DNA of 64,000 bases from Amoebidium appalachense (GCA_963693365.1 CAVNZM010000013.1:5632640-5696639); one strand, 5' to 3'. Positions 1 to 13,951 are shown, numbered from the stretch's first letter. Numbers and translations are program-made. Notes: generated from the letters alone by a model not told the origin.

Positions 1-70
1 AGTATCCCATCATTGGCTGGTTTTGTTTGACCGATCCGATTTTGATGTGATTGGTTGCTATTCCACGGTC

Positions 71-263
<193 letters not shown>

Positions 264-1151
264 CAGGATCGAGCGGGAGGGGGTAGCCCTGGGGCCACCT
301 GGGGGAGGGGCGGGCGGGGGGGGGGGGGGGGCGCGGGGGAAGCTTAGGAAGGGTCGCTTTCACGCATTTCTTCTCTAAGACTCGACATGTGACCTTCCCC
401 CCCCCCCCCCCCCCCCCCCCCCATCCCCATCAAGACCCAAGGCAACCTTTAACTAATTCAGATTTAATGTCTGGGTTCTTCGAATTCCCCTGAACATAAC
501 TTAGTCTACATCAAATAAGATAGACAGCTAATATATCATAATGTATCCTTTTCCCAGACTGTACAGTATCAGCTTGATTGTACATATATATATTGGCTTG
601 AGTCGTCTTAAGGCTTAATTTATATAGTGCCAAATACACCCACACCTAATTACCTTTGGACGAACTGTGTGCGTACGTGCGTGCGTGTGTGTGCGAGCGC
701 CCGCATGTGTGCGATTGCCTGTGTATTTGTGTGTGTGTATGTGTGTGTATGTGTGTGAACGTTTGCGTATGTGCGCATGTGTGCGTGCGTGCGTGTGTGT
801 CAGTGCATCAGTGCGTTTGCGTGCGTGCACGTGCACGTGCGTCCGTGCGTCCGTCCGTGCGCGCGCGCGCGTGTGTGTGTATGTGTGTGGTGCATGCGTG
901 TGTATTATCAGGTGCATGCATGCATGTGTGTGTGTGCGTGTGTGCGCGCGCGCGTGTTTGCGTGCGTGTGCGTGTGTGCACATTGTAACATGTATCTTCT
1001 TGTGTGCGAGGGCCTGTGTGTGAATTCGAATTCTCGTGTGTGCGTGCGTTCGTGTGTGGGTGTAAATGTGCGTGTGTGCTTCCCCACCTATCTAACTAGC
1101 CTGGGCAACCAGTCTACGCACTCTCCATCACCACCACTAGCCATGTGCTAA

Positions 1152-1245
1152 GGGCTTGTTTGGCAGCGCAGTTATATCGTCTTTTCATCGTATTCGTCTT
1201 TTCGGCCTAAAGATGAATGCGAATATGTGTCCTGCCAAACGCGCC
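1152..1245. mobile_element. Tourist/PIF-Harbinger-like MITE (short, degenerate)
   Basis: TAA|GGGCTTGTTTGGCAG ... CTGCCAAACGCGCC imperfect terminal inverted repeats; interior resembles the element at 1671-1800. Confidence 0.45.
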
Positions 1246-1670
1246 ACAGGTTTCAATTTACGCTAAAGACGATGGACATCGCTCCGGAGGTGATTTTCCA
1301 AAAGACGATATAACTTTAAGCCAATCATAAGCGATATGAGCATCTATTGGATCACTCTGATCCAATCTAATATTTGCATCCAGTGCACCTTTTATGGTTA
1401 TTATGGCTTGGTATGGGTGGAAATTGGGTCAGTCCCTGTTCTTTTCCCCATAATGCTTTTTTACAACAGAAATAAGAATAGATATTGTCATGTATAACAA
1501 AGTATCTAAGTATTTAATTCCATATAAAACAGGGGAAAAAAACACGCCCCATTTTGACTTTAATTACACTTCGAGGTAATAAATGTAATATTATTGGTTT
1601 ACACCCTTTCGCCCAACCAAACATCTGAAACCACTGATGAAACGTAAAGCGGGCTCAACTTTCGTGTTTA

Positions 1671-1800
1671 GGCGTGTTTGGTACGCCATAATCGTATTTC
1701 AGCCCTAAATACGCATACCACAAGATAATTTTATAAACACGATTGATCGTATTTTCGCCATAAATACGAATACGCTTTTTGGAGGGTTGCCAAACACGCC
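1671..1800. mobile_element. Tourist/PIF-Harbinger-like MITE
   Basis: Perfect 11-bp TIR GGCGTGTTTGG (1671-1681) / CCAAACACGCC (1790-1800), preceded by TTA, AT-rich non-coding interior; the right flank does not show a clean target-site duplication. Confidence 0.55.
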
Positions 1801-2999
1801 CCAAATATTGCCTTCCCATTTTTCGTCTTTCACTTGCCCAGTCGACCTACATAGCCATGGTCCTTGCAAACCGTGCATCACAGTATTAGATGTCGAAAAA
1901 GAACAGTAGATGCAGACAGAAAGCTCGGAAACGTTGCCGGTGATGTTGTAAAATTTTATACAAGTCGATGTCATAGATGTCACTTAATCGACATACACGT
2001 GCCCATAAATGAAAGGTGTGCAAGGAAGGGATACATACTAGTTGATTTCACATGCCCCTAGGCCTGAGATCTAGGGGCCCCAAAAGTTATTAAGTTATTT
2101 ATATGAGCCCAGCCTCTGTGTATTGATAATGCAGATTTATAACTTTATCTATATTTTCTGTGCGTACACCTGGGAGTAAGCTGTAAAGATACACAGGGCA
2201 GGATACGCGGTGAGGGATCTGTGCACGCGAGTGCCGGACTGCGACTTCTGAGAGTCTGAGACTGCGAGATCTGCGGAAATACTATTGGCCGCGATGCTGT
2301 CATGGGATTGGCTGTCCGTTTCATTGAAGCGTTCGATTGGTCTAAAAGGCACTGTTTTGATGAAAGAATGCAAATGGAATGTTGTCAACCCGCTGACTGG
2401 CGAGTCTGGCAGTATGCATGTATGAGGTTTCTTGTTGCTGGTATGTGTGTCTGCAGATGCTGTCGGGTTATTTTATTTTATTTATTTTATCCCGTTTCAC
2501 TCCCGGCGAGGCACTGCCTCAGGGGAGCTTACCGTCTTCCGCCTAGACACAGATCGTACTGTATAGCACAACTCATAAGTTAGGATTCTAATTGACCCCA
2601 ACTGGCACTATTTTTAGTTACGCCTTATCCCACGGTTCTAGCCGCAGCAACGCTAGTGGGGAAGTGAGCACAGCTCACTTTAACAGCACCAGCCGGGAGC
2701 GACCCGGGACACATACACAAACATAAAGACTTGAAAGTAAAGACCCCATGCCCAGGACGCTGACCCGAACCGTGGCCGGTGACTCGGATTGGTCTCCCAC
2801 TTGAACGTTGGCACGGCCCTCTGAAAAAAAGAAGGGCCGTGCCAAGCGGCGCGCCGTCGACGTCAGAGGGCCGGTGCTGTTCATGAGGTCATGTCTTGCG
2901 GCTGGATGATAACAAATTGGCGGTGCTGCTTGACGTGGTCTGGGGTGATGGCTTCTAGGGGGCGGCCAGACCGGTGGACCGTCGAGGCAGAACAAAAAT

Positions 3000-3071
3000 C
3001 GGAAGTAACCAGGACCGATCCTGCGATTTTGAGCTTGACACGCAGAGATCTTACCATTGCACCAACCCGCC
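3000..3071 (-). pseudogene. Degenerate tRNA-like sequence (possible tRNA-Asp-derived SINE head or pseudo-tRNA)
   Basis: Minus strand has A-box-like TGGTGCAATGGT, GTC at an anticodon-like position and T-arm-like CAGG-ATCGGT-CCTG; acceptor and anticodon stems pair poorly. Confidence 0.3.
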
Positions 3072-3134
3072 CCCCCAGATGCTGTCGGGTAGTCAATGTA
3101 AATATTCTATATACCAAGTTCTTTTTTCACGCGT

Positions 3135-3194
<60 letters not shown>

Positions 3195-4478
3195 CTGTCA
3201 GATCTAGCCTGGTGTGACAATGGGTTTGATGATTTCACACCGGTCAGAATACGTGGCAAGTGGTGCAGGGCCAGAGCTCGGGAGCGAAGGGGCTTGGAAG
3301 ATGAATTCCTGTGTGTAGTAAGTGTCGACATCTATGGCCAGGATATTCTACAGTATCGCGTACGGCGTTTTCACACCATGGACGTACTCAATAAGCGGTT
3401 GGTATTGCTTGTGTAACTTGCACAACATGTTGCGCCAACACAGTGTACATAATGTGTCCTCTCAGTGGTACTGACGTAGATTTATTATTCATTTTCACGT
3501 GGTACCGAACAGGTTATCGCGTGTGCAGTGGGCCATTTTCAACGCATCAAAGTACCTGCCATCACACAGGGTTTAAAGCTGCTTTTTATTTGCCCACGTA
3601 CTATGGCAGCAGCATCAAAACAATGATAAGTACATACAGTCATTGAGAATATGTTACATTCCCTTCCGGAAACCCCACCCTTATAAGCCAGTTAAACCAG
3701 CACGCAGGCGCTAATATTAGCCTTTCTCTATCTGAACTATTTAATAATAAATCTCTGCCTCTCACCTAGCTCCCTTCCGGATCCCCACCCCCTCCCCCCT
3801 CCCCCCCCGGGCCCCCCTCCCCCCTTCCCGGCCCCCCATCCCTCCCTCCCCTTTCAACACCCCCCTCCCCCCCTCCCCCCGCCCCCCAGTCCACCCACCC
3901 AACCATGGCCACCCCTCACTCCGGGAACCGTCCTCAAGGCTTCCGGTCGATACGGACTGGTCCCCCCCCCCTCCCCCCCCCTTTTCCAGCTTTCTCTCGC
4001 CCCGAGAGCGGGCCCTGATCTGTATTTACAGTTCACTATGTGCACAGGGTCTACCAAACTTGGCATGTATGTAACATGATCTAGATGTGTAACAAACAGA
4101 TATCACTTGATGCCATATAAGGCGTGTTGCCTATGGCCAATAAAATTAATTAGTGTTAAACTAGTATTAATATTCGACAGCGTTAACCTAGTTATGAGAC
4201 CTGCCAGCTACAGAATGTGCTGGAGAGCCTGCCGATACTTCACATGGGACCATACATAGTCATCTTGGGACATTCGCAATTAAGATTCTTCGGTTTTGGG
4301 CCTGGGCCGGGAACGTTAAGGATAAAGGGCTGAAGGTTCATTCGTTTTCAGTACCAGTCAACCGGCGTTCATCCGTTCTTTTCATACCGTCTTCTGGAAG
4401 CCTTGGTCTGACACTTGGTTGGGTTTGCCTTTCCATTTCCGCCCTCCATCGTCCCATCGGTCACCTTCCATCCTCACC

Positions 4479-5796
4479 ATGAAGTTGCTCGCCTGCCCCT
4501 TTGTGTGGCTTCTGCCCGTCCTCCCTGCCCTCCTCCCGGGTGCATTTGCCAACAAACCGTCCGCAGAAGGCATCGAGGGTCTCACAGCGGCCGACACCAA
4601 CAAACTCGTTGAGGGCATGATGAAGAATATAACAGCCCAGGCCGCCTACGTGCCCCCCACCCCCAAGAACTGCACGTGTAGCAACTACAACAACCCCAAG
4701 AAGGTGGACTGGAAGGGTCTGCGCAAAGATCTCATCTCCCTCTTCAGCGACCCCAACTGCGAGGTTAAGGTCCAGGGCAGCAGCCTACCGCCCCTCCCCT
4801 GCAAGCACCTGCCCGGGGTCTATGTCCGTGCTGAGTCCACGATGCCGGCACCACACAGGTACATATGGGGCCTTCCAATAACAACCATGTTTGTACTATA
4901 ATAGCCTCATTCTAACCCCCCCCCCTCCCCCCCCCCCCCCCCTCCCCCCGCCCCCCCGCCCCCACACACACACCCAAAAAAAACGCCTCCGTTGGGCTTG
5001 CTACCTCCTGCACCTACAGCCACCCACTGGCATCCGATTCTTCACTCCTTCCCCCCCCTCCCCCCCCCCCTCCGCCTGCCTCACCAGGTAAACACACACA
5101 CGTGGGATACATAAATTATAGGTCTAGCTAGACCTGAGTATATTTTCTGTGTCTGTGTCCCATGTGTGTGTATGTGGTTGTATGTGCACATGGCCGGGTG
5201 TGGCGAAATGATTCATCACCAGCATGTTCACGTTGATAATGTGTGTGTGTCTGTTTAACGCTGATCCTGTGGCACAGCGGCTTACTTAATAAGTGTCCCA
5301 GCCTCCCAGCGCAGATCATGCACCCTACCAATTGCAGCAAACTAATCACGTGTACATTGTAGAATGGCACTGGTGGTGCCGATGGGTCGATTGTGCTCTC
5401 GTCCCTTAACCCCAACAACGCGGCCAAGGAGGCCGAGTGGCCGGGCAACCGCGGGTCTTGTTCCGTATGTGCAAAAGTCCCTGGCGCCGCTGGTGGCCAA
5501 GTACGGGGCCTCGTGGGCAGACACACTGGTCGTGGCCGGTGCGATGGCCTCGCAGTTTGCCAGCCGCAAGCCGCAGTTCAGCGCGCGGGTGGGCCGCTGT
5601 GACAATGACGTCACCAATGCCTGCAGATCCTGTCCCCGGGCACGATACCGTGCAAGGACTTTGTGAAGTATTGGACCGGGCAGGGTCTGGGGCTGCGGCA
5701 GGCGGTGGCGCTGATGGGGTCGCATGTGATGATGCACGACGACAGCAACGAGGGCGACCTGCAGCGTTCACCTGGGCAAACAAGTGTGTGCACTAT

Positions 5797-5857
<61 letters not shown>

Positions 5858-6724
5858 AAAAAAGAAAGAAAAGAAAAAGTAAAACCCACAGCAGCGACCC
5901 CTGCCCAGAACGGTATTTTTTTTCTTCTGTAGGGCCCGGATGGTGTATTTTTCTGGTTGCTGCAACAAAAAAAGAGGGAACAAAAAACAATTGGCAAGAA
6001 AGGGAAAAGAAACCTAAGCATAAGAAGGTTGCGCAAATAACATTGCCAGATGCATTGTGTTGGTTATCGCATATGGAAAAAAAGAAAAAAGAAAAGAAAA
6101 AAAAAGGCAATAGGGAAAAAGAAACCAAAGCATAAAAAGGGTCCGCCCTCCATCCCTACTCACCCCTTCCCCCCCCCCCCCCCCCGGCCCCCCCTCCCCC
6201 CTTCCACGTGGTCCCTCTCCCCCCCTTCCTCCCCCCCCCCCCCCCCCCTCTTCCCCCCCCCCCACACACAGGTACTACCAAGACATGAACACCGGCACCA
6301 TCACCGCCAACGTCCCTACCGACGGCGGCCGGCCCAGCGTGAAGTGGACTGTTGACGGGAAGGAGCGCTGGCGCTACACGGTCAACGACGCATTCTTGGC
6401 ATCCCAAAACGTGCTCAGAGACAGCAAGTGCCCCGAGGCTGAGCGCAGGCACATTGCATTCTGGATGAAGTACTATGCGCACTCAAACGCCAAGTGGGAC
6501 GCAAACTACGAGGACGCCTACGTGAAGATGGGGCCACGGCTGGGGTGCGGTGGGCCAAGAAGACCATGAAGGTGGACCTCAGGCCGTGCGCGTGGAAGAA
6601 GGTGGGGGGCTACGGCATGAGCAACCGCAAGTGTGCCAGCACGTGCATGGACCTGAGGAACTACCTCAACATCGGCGGCACAAACTGTGCACTGGTCACC
6701 AGCGGCCAGTGCAAGTGCACGTGA
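4479..6724 (+). CDS. Secreted heme peroxidase of the peroxidase-catalase superfamily (APx/CcP/class II-III fold), 3 exons (4479-4858, 5363-5783, 6272-6724), frameshifted in this sequence
   Basis: Signal peptide MKLLACPFVWLLPVLPALLPGAFA; distal motif YVRAE[F]HDAGT|NGTGGADGSI; SWADTLVVAG; RVGRCD; proximal His ALMGSH; WANK|YYQD; YEDAYVKM; GT-AG introns with ACTAAT branch site at 5341; at least 5 frameshifts needed to join motifs. Confidence 0.85.
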
Positions 6725-9323
6725 GCAGCGGGCATGACATCATAGCCACGGGCAGAACTATAGGCATCACATTATTCTCGATCTTTTTTCTTACATGTTG
6801 GTCCGAAGGACATTATACAACGTGCACACCTGCTAGGCAGAGTTGTTTGGGTGCATGCAATGTTGAACTCATGTGGTCCAGGATTCGCACTCTGTGTCTC
6901 ATTGTATCTGATATGATATCTGGCATGGACGGGAATTGTTTTTGCCCACAGACTACTGCTGCAGTATACTCAGCATTTTGTGTGACAACGTTCTAAGCTT
7001 CATCGAGGCATAAAACATTCACCGTTTAAGGGATTCTTTTTTGCTGTTTAAAATTAAAGGTTTTAGATGGCACCACTGTGCACGGGGCAACTGCTGGGGT
7101 ATTACCTCCCAGTTTGTATAAAGGTGAGGCAACTGTAAAATAAAAACCCATAGAAAATATGGTCCACCCTGGCATCCCCCCCCCCCCCCCCCCCCCGCCC
7201 CGCCCCGCCCGCCCCCTTTCCTTCCTGCAAACACACCCCGATTCTGCAGTGCACTCGAAACAACCTCCCCCCCCCCCCCCCCCCCCGCGCTTACTCTTTC
7301 GCCCCATCCGCCGCTTTCTGTAACCCTCACTTCTACTCAACTCTCACAGCAACGCAGAAAGATGTGTGCCGGCCTAGAATCACAGCCGCTGCCTCCCTTT
7401 TTTCCCAAGTACCCAGTATAGTCCTTTTCCTACCTGCTTTATATTTAGCAAACAGTGCCCAATTTGTATACCACCGCGATAGTACCCCAAATGTCATCGA
7501 AGGAGCCTTTAAAAGAAGAGACCCTTTTTAACCCCCGGAAATCACAACTCAGTAGCACAAACAAAGACAGGAACACCACATTTGAAATCGACCAACCGCA
7601 CAGTGATTCGATTTAGTTTACTCACATCTATTCTTTTTCAGCGGGAATGGATGGGAGAAAGGGATAGCCTAAGGTTTGGTTGGGTGTTTTAGGGGGAAGG
7701 GAGTTAGGGGGGGGGGGGGGGGGGAGGGGGGGGGAGGGGGGGAGGCAGGAGGGGGATGGGAAGAAAGGAGGGGTAGACAGGTGCCGGGGGGGGAGGTCGA
7801 AAGGGGGGGAAGGAGGGGAGGGGAAGGGGGGCCGGGGGGGGGGGGGGGGGGGATGGATTGCAGATAACATGCATTTTATCGGCAGTGAACCTTAGCTCCA
7901 AGAGAAACCGAATCAGATTTTATACTTCATTTCAACAGTGACACCTTGCTCAACTTTTTGCATAAGGTACACCGTTTCTAAGTGGGGTTTAAGCAAATCG
8001 CTTAAAATGGCTGGCACATGCACATGCTATTCCCCATCGTGTTTCTTCTTTTCTTGTGATCTTTCTACTTAATCACTCCATGGATCACGGATTTCCCTAA
8101 CCCAATAAAGCTAGACAGATATATGTAGACTCACCATGGGGAGGGAGGGAGGAGGGGGGGGGGGGGGGGGGGGGGGGGGTTTCAAGAGGTCAGAATACGG
8201 ATTATTGATCACGGAAACCAACCACTGATATTCCGACCATGTAATAGGGCGCCGCTGCCCAATAAACGCAAAGAAACTTGCTGCAACGTGAAACCATTCT
8301 CACAGCCCCCCTCCCCCCCCCCCCCCCCCCCCCCAGCGCATCCCCCCCCCCCCCCCAAAAAAAAAAAATCCCCCATACACGTTCACGCACATGTACCCGC
8401 ACACACATGCGCGTGCACACACATACATGCACACACGCACACTGACACACATGTACACACACACACACGTGGGCACACGCACACACACGCGTGTGCGTAC
8501 ACACAAACACACACATGCACACACACACACAAACACACGCACATACACGCGCATGCGCGCGGAAAAAAAAAAAAAACGGGAAAAAAATGGAGAGAAGAAA
8601 AGATAAAAAGAAAAATGGAAGAAGAAAAAATGGTAAGAAAAAGGGGAGAAACGAGAAGAAGTTGAAAAGGGGGAAAATAAACAAACAAAAACCGGCTGCG
8701 TGGAACCAGAACAAGGGAAGGGCGATAAGAAAAAAGGAAAAAGAACGGGGGAAAAAAAAAAGAGGAAAGTATAAAACTCTTTTTTTTCTTCTTTTTTTTG
8801 GGGCGGGGGGGGAGGTAGAAGTATAAAAGTGAAGAAAAAGAACATGATAGAAACGAGAAGAAATCGGATAAGAGAGAAAGGAGACAAACAAAAACAGGAC
8901 ATGCATGGCGTTCAGACCGTAAAATCCCCCCACCCCCCACCCCCTCCTCTGCCTCGACCCCCCCCTCCCTCTTTCCCCCCATTTCCCTCCACCAGAACCA
9001 CCACCATTATCCGTGGCTGTCAGTTGGGTTTATCATCGGATAGATAATACAAGGTGACCCTCAAACTATGTCAGTGGCTGAAATAAACTATAATGGACGC
9101 AAAGTTTTAGAAATATGGGCTGGGGTGTGTGTGGGTGGGTGGGTGGGGCGAATGGGGGGGGGGGGGGGGGGGAGTTTCCTGATGGCTGGCTGGGTATTTA
9201 AGTCTTTCGATCCCAAAAAACATTGCAAAAAATACGAGGCGCACGTGCGTGCCAGTATGACATTGTGGTGCTTGCAGTGTTATGTGCGCAGTGTGCTGTG
9301 CGTGTTGTGCATGTGTCTGCGTG

Positions 9324-9420
<97 letters not shown>

Positions 9421-10091
9421 GTGCGTGCTTTGTAGGCGTGTGCATGCGTGTGTGTAAGTGTGTGTGCGCGCATGTGCGGGCGTATAAACATAGACGCTTA
9501 GGTGCCCGTGGTTTCCGACGTGTGTGTGATGCATGCAGTGTGTGTGTGCTGGCGTGTGTGTGTATGTGCGTGCGCGAGTGTTTGCCCATATACGCGTGCC
9601 TGTGTGTGTTCGTGTTTAAGCCCTGGATGTGTGTGTGTGTGTGCAATAAAGAGAGAAGCGCTAACAAACAAAGAAAACCGTTTGTGAGCATCAAAGCCAA
9701 AAAGTATTGGTTGCAACTTCAACCGGTTTCACTTTCATTGTCAGTTCTTTCTGATCTTCTTACACACACAGTTGTAACCATACATTTACCACCAAAGCAC
9801 CAAAAGGGCATATCACTTGAAGTATGTACACAAGTTGAGGTACCACGTAAGATATGCATAGAGCGAGCACCGTGAGTCTGTATATAGATGTTGAGCTTTT
9901 TTGGTGCGGCCGACCATCCAAAGACGTCGATATATAACAAAAAGCTATCAAAACCGGTGAAAACCACTTGAAAGCATGCACATGCACAGAAGGAAATAGG
10001 AAATAAAAGAAAAGACAAGAGAAAAGAGGGGAAAACCCCTTCGGGAGCCTATCCGAATGAAATAATCTCACAAAGGGCCCTTTTTTGTGAA

Positions 10092-10886
10092 TCACTGCAC
10101 GTCCATATGGTAGTTCTTTTGGTACCCAAAGCTGTCATACGCTTCCACCGTCCCCAAAACTGCCTTTGCATAGTACTCAAGATTCCCCCTCTGAACCTCA
10201 ACCTTAAACTTGAACGGAGTGTAGCCCGTCCACGTAAGCGATCTCTGTGGAATGACATAAATTTAAGGCCATGGGTGATCTCTTTTGCTGGCTTCACCCG
10301 TGTGCACCCATTCTTTAGGTGCAAATCTACCGTCATTTCATCATTCGTTTTACCTTTTATCCCGTTCCCCCCCTTCCCGCCCGTCAAACCCCTCTCCTGA
10401 CATCGTCCTTCTCCCCTCCACTTCCCCCTCTGTTTTCAGCCTTTCTTGGTGAAGGAGTTATTAGGGGGGAGGGGGGGGGGGGGGGGGGGGGGGGGATAGA
10501 AATTTAGGTGAGGGAAAGGGGGGGAGGGTCCACGGGAGGGGAGGAGAGGGGGAGAGGGGGAAGGAGAAGGGGTGGGAAGGGGGGGAAGAATGGAGGAGGC
10601 GAGAAGGGAGGCATAGAGAGTTTGGACAGAAAAAGGGACATAGCATTACCAGCTCTTACTAGACATTCGCATCTTGTCTTTTTCTAAAAACCATTCGAGC
10701 TCACACCTGCACATATAACAGTCTGTATATAAACCGAGGCACTGAGGCTTATTGGTCAAGAATCACATTACTGACCTTAGCCGGGCATTTGCGCCATGGT
10801 TTTCCGTGATCCTGCGTGAATTCAAAAGTAACTGTTGGGTCGGCTAAGAAACTGAAGCTGCCGGTGTCCACCTGAATCTGTGGTGT

Positions 10887-10951
<65 letters not shown>

Positions 10952-13951
10952 CGCGCGCAGGTGCGGGTGGATGCGGATGGGTGCGGGTGGGTGCGGGTGG
11001 GTGCGGGTGTGGGGGTGTGCGGGGGTGTGCGGACATGTGTCCGTGTGTGTATGGATGGGGGGGGGGGGGGGGGGGGGGGGGGGTTGCGGATGTGTGCGCA
11101 CGCGCTTGTGCTTGTGATTGTGTGTGTGTGCGTGCGTGTGATTGTATGTGAATGGGTGGTTACAAGGGGTGAAGGATTCGAGAAAAGTTGATGAGAGAAG
11201 CCAAAGTCGGTGGTGGCATAGGGAAACTGGGCACTTAAAGGGTATGTAGGAGGAAGGGAGGGTAGGGGGTTGAGGAGGATCCGACAGCCCGGAGATATAT
11301 GTGAGATCGGAAGCTGGAGAGTGTGTGAGAGATAGAATAGGTGACCGTACATGTATTTGAGCGCATAAGGGGAAGGGACGGAGGGAGTGGGGGGGGAGGG
11401 GCGGGGGGGGGTATAAGGCCACACGGAAGAAAATTGACAAATGAGCTGGTGAATCGGTTGGGAGGGGCTCTAGGAGAGGGAGGCCAGGTACTTCCTAGTG
11501 TGGTTTGCTGAAGGAATTGGCATAAGTAAGAAAAGGGGGACCTTGGGGCAAGGGAGTTTTTTTTTTTTTTTTTTTTGGGGGGGGGGGGGGTAGGAGGGGG
11601 GTTGATAAGAGGGTAGATCTGGAAAAGTGCAAGAGAGAGGAGATAAGGAACTAAGAAGGGGGGACCTGACGGCAAAGACTTTTCTCCCTTCTTTTTTTGC
11701 ACCCTTTGGGGGGGGGGGGGGGGGGGGGGGAGCGGGGGGGGGGGGGGGGAGGGAGGGAAGCTTACCTCGCCCTCCAAAATGTGCCTGCCACCTTGCGTGA
11801 GTGTGACTGTCGGCTGGCCCAGGATTTTGACTTTGAGGGTGCCGGCCTGTGGCTGTATTGTGTAGGGGCATGGGGTGTTTAAAGAGGAATTGCCCGTTTT
11901 CTTTTTTGTTTGTTTGTTTTGTTTTTGTGTGTGTGTGGTGGTGGTGGTAGCAATGGGTGGATTGGTGGAGTGACTGTAGGGGTGGGGGTGGTGGTGGTGG
12001 GAGGGGGTTTTTTTTTTTTTTTTTTTTTTTGGGGGGGGGGGGGGGGGGGGAGGGGGGGGGGGGAGGGGGAGGAGGGGGGGAGGGGGAAGGGGGGAGGGGG
12101 GGGGGGGGGGGGGGATATCACAAATGAAGTATGAAATTAGGGTGAATGAACTTTCACCGAATCATTAAGAAAGATGCCGCAGTGAAAAAAAGCCCCCCCC
12201 TCCCCCCGGTCCCACCCTTCTCCCAGTCTCCCATGGCTGATCCCTTCCTCGGAAGACCAATTGAACACTGTCCTCTAGCCCCTCTTCCACTCTGTCTATA
12301 CTATTCCCCACCCCATCTCCTATTCCCTTTTCACATTGCCTTTTCACATTGCTGCGAAGAAAAAAAAAGATTCCATCTACTGCTCTAAGTTTGCACGTGG
12401 CACACCGGGCTGCCAACCCAACCATGCACTCACCACATGCTTCCAAAACGCGCACATCAGACCGTGGCCTTTCCCAAGTCCACAATCACGGCAGCACGTT
12501 TTGTAGTTTCCGTCTTCGTTGCACGGCACCCCACAGTCGCTCTCACATATCCTCCCCTTCTCGCACATCCTTCCTTCCCCCCCACCCCGAACTGGTTTTC
12601 CCTGTCCGTATTTTTCCACACGGCACGACGTCGTATTCCCAGTGCAATTGTAACTGTGGGTCATGTAACCGTTTCCACAATCACGACAGCACGTCTTGTA
12701 GCCGGATTGGGGTGGGCGGTCACATCGAATGCACGTGGTTACCTGGCTTTTGGTACGTGTGACATCTGACAATTTACCTTCACAGGTACCATGAGGAGTG
12801 TTCCTCTTGGTGGATGATGGCGAGCCGCAAAAAGATCCCTCGGTAGGACGCTTCTTGGCGCAACTGACATCGTGCCAATTCCAACCAGAACCACACGGTA
12901 GGCAGCATGTGTCGAATGTGCGCCCGTTAGCGGGTTTGGCCGGCAAGTACTTTTTGCACGACTTGCACAGTGTTGTCCCTCCGTTCATTTTGGATTTGCT
13001 TCGAAGCGCGTAAGGCGGGTCAGGGGTGTTGCGAGGCCGATATGCATCGGATGTGCGGGTTTGGTCCAACGAGTAGGACTCTTGGCCGAACGAGCGTGGC
13101 ATTGTTGGGGTGGGGATGTCTGCCTTCATTGCACCGTCGGAACGACCGTGGAGCAAATTTATGGTGCACTTGTGGCAAGGGTTGTAGTTAAAGGGACAGT
13201 CACAGCCGCAAATAGTACACCTTGATCGTGTAGACGTGGGGAATACCCGTTGATTCCCAACCTGCACCGCCGTATGTGCCTTCTCAGGCTCCAAAATGCC
13301 ATCCCTGCCTTCAATAGGGCCGGTCCCTGCGGGTAGACCGTTGAAGGAAGGGACCCCCCGGTGGCTCCCTCCACCCTCCGTTGTGGCTGGAAATTTCGAG
13401 ATGAAGTGGGTGACACGGCTATGTTCGGGGGTGCGGGAGGGAACTGCATGTTGTGTGCTGGAAAAACGTGCCCGATTTTTGGCATTGCGCCTTTTGCAGG
13501 TTTCCGTGTGCAGTGTGGGGTTATCAGGGCATAGGATGCAGCAAACGCACGCGTGCGAGGCGCCTACGAGTCGCTTTTCGCAGGAAATGCACACACCATC
13601 TCCACATTCAGGCTCGTCGGAAGGAGTGGGTTCTGAATTGGTGGTAGACCCAGGAACAGGAACCGTGTTATGGGGGGCTTGTGTATATGGTTGTAACACT
13701 TTGTTCATGCCTGCGTGTGTGTCGGACACAGCAAGGGGTTCGGTACTGGGAGGAGGCACATGGGTTACGGGGGCAGGAGAGGGGGGTCTGTGTGGGGGTG
13801 GGATGTTGTTGCGGATGTCGCATTGTCGTCCGTGTGTGCCTGTGTCCTCGTCACATTCCCCACAGCAGACTGGGTATGGGATGGGGGCGAGGCGGTTACA
13901 GCGGCCGTGAAACAAACATTGTTGCATGCCGGAAGTGCCTGTGATAGTCAT
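10092..13951 (-). CDS. Protein with five C..C..CCxxC..HxxxC (putative zinc-binding) repeats and a C-terminal CBM21-like Ig-fold domain; exons 13951-12434, 11846-11766, 10877-10776, 10244-10092
   Basis: Long ORF 12377-14119 with accATG at 13951; three downstream phase-0 GT-AG exons give AGTLKVKILGQPTVTLTQGGRHILEGE|IQVDTGSFSFLADPTVTFEFTQDHGKPWRKCPAK|RSLTWTGYTPFKFKVEVQRGNLEYYAKAVLGTVEAYDSFGYQKNYHMDVQ*. Gene model strong; domain identity is inference. Confidence 0.75.

Noticed and set aside
2880-3416. LRR-like fragment (HVLRLDDNKLAVL) and short ORF 3141-3416
   Set aside because: Single motif bounded by stops; no consistent exon chain
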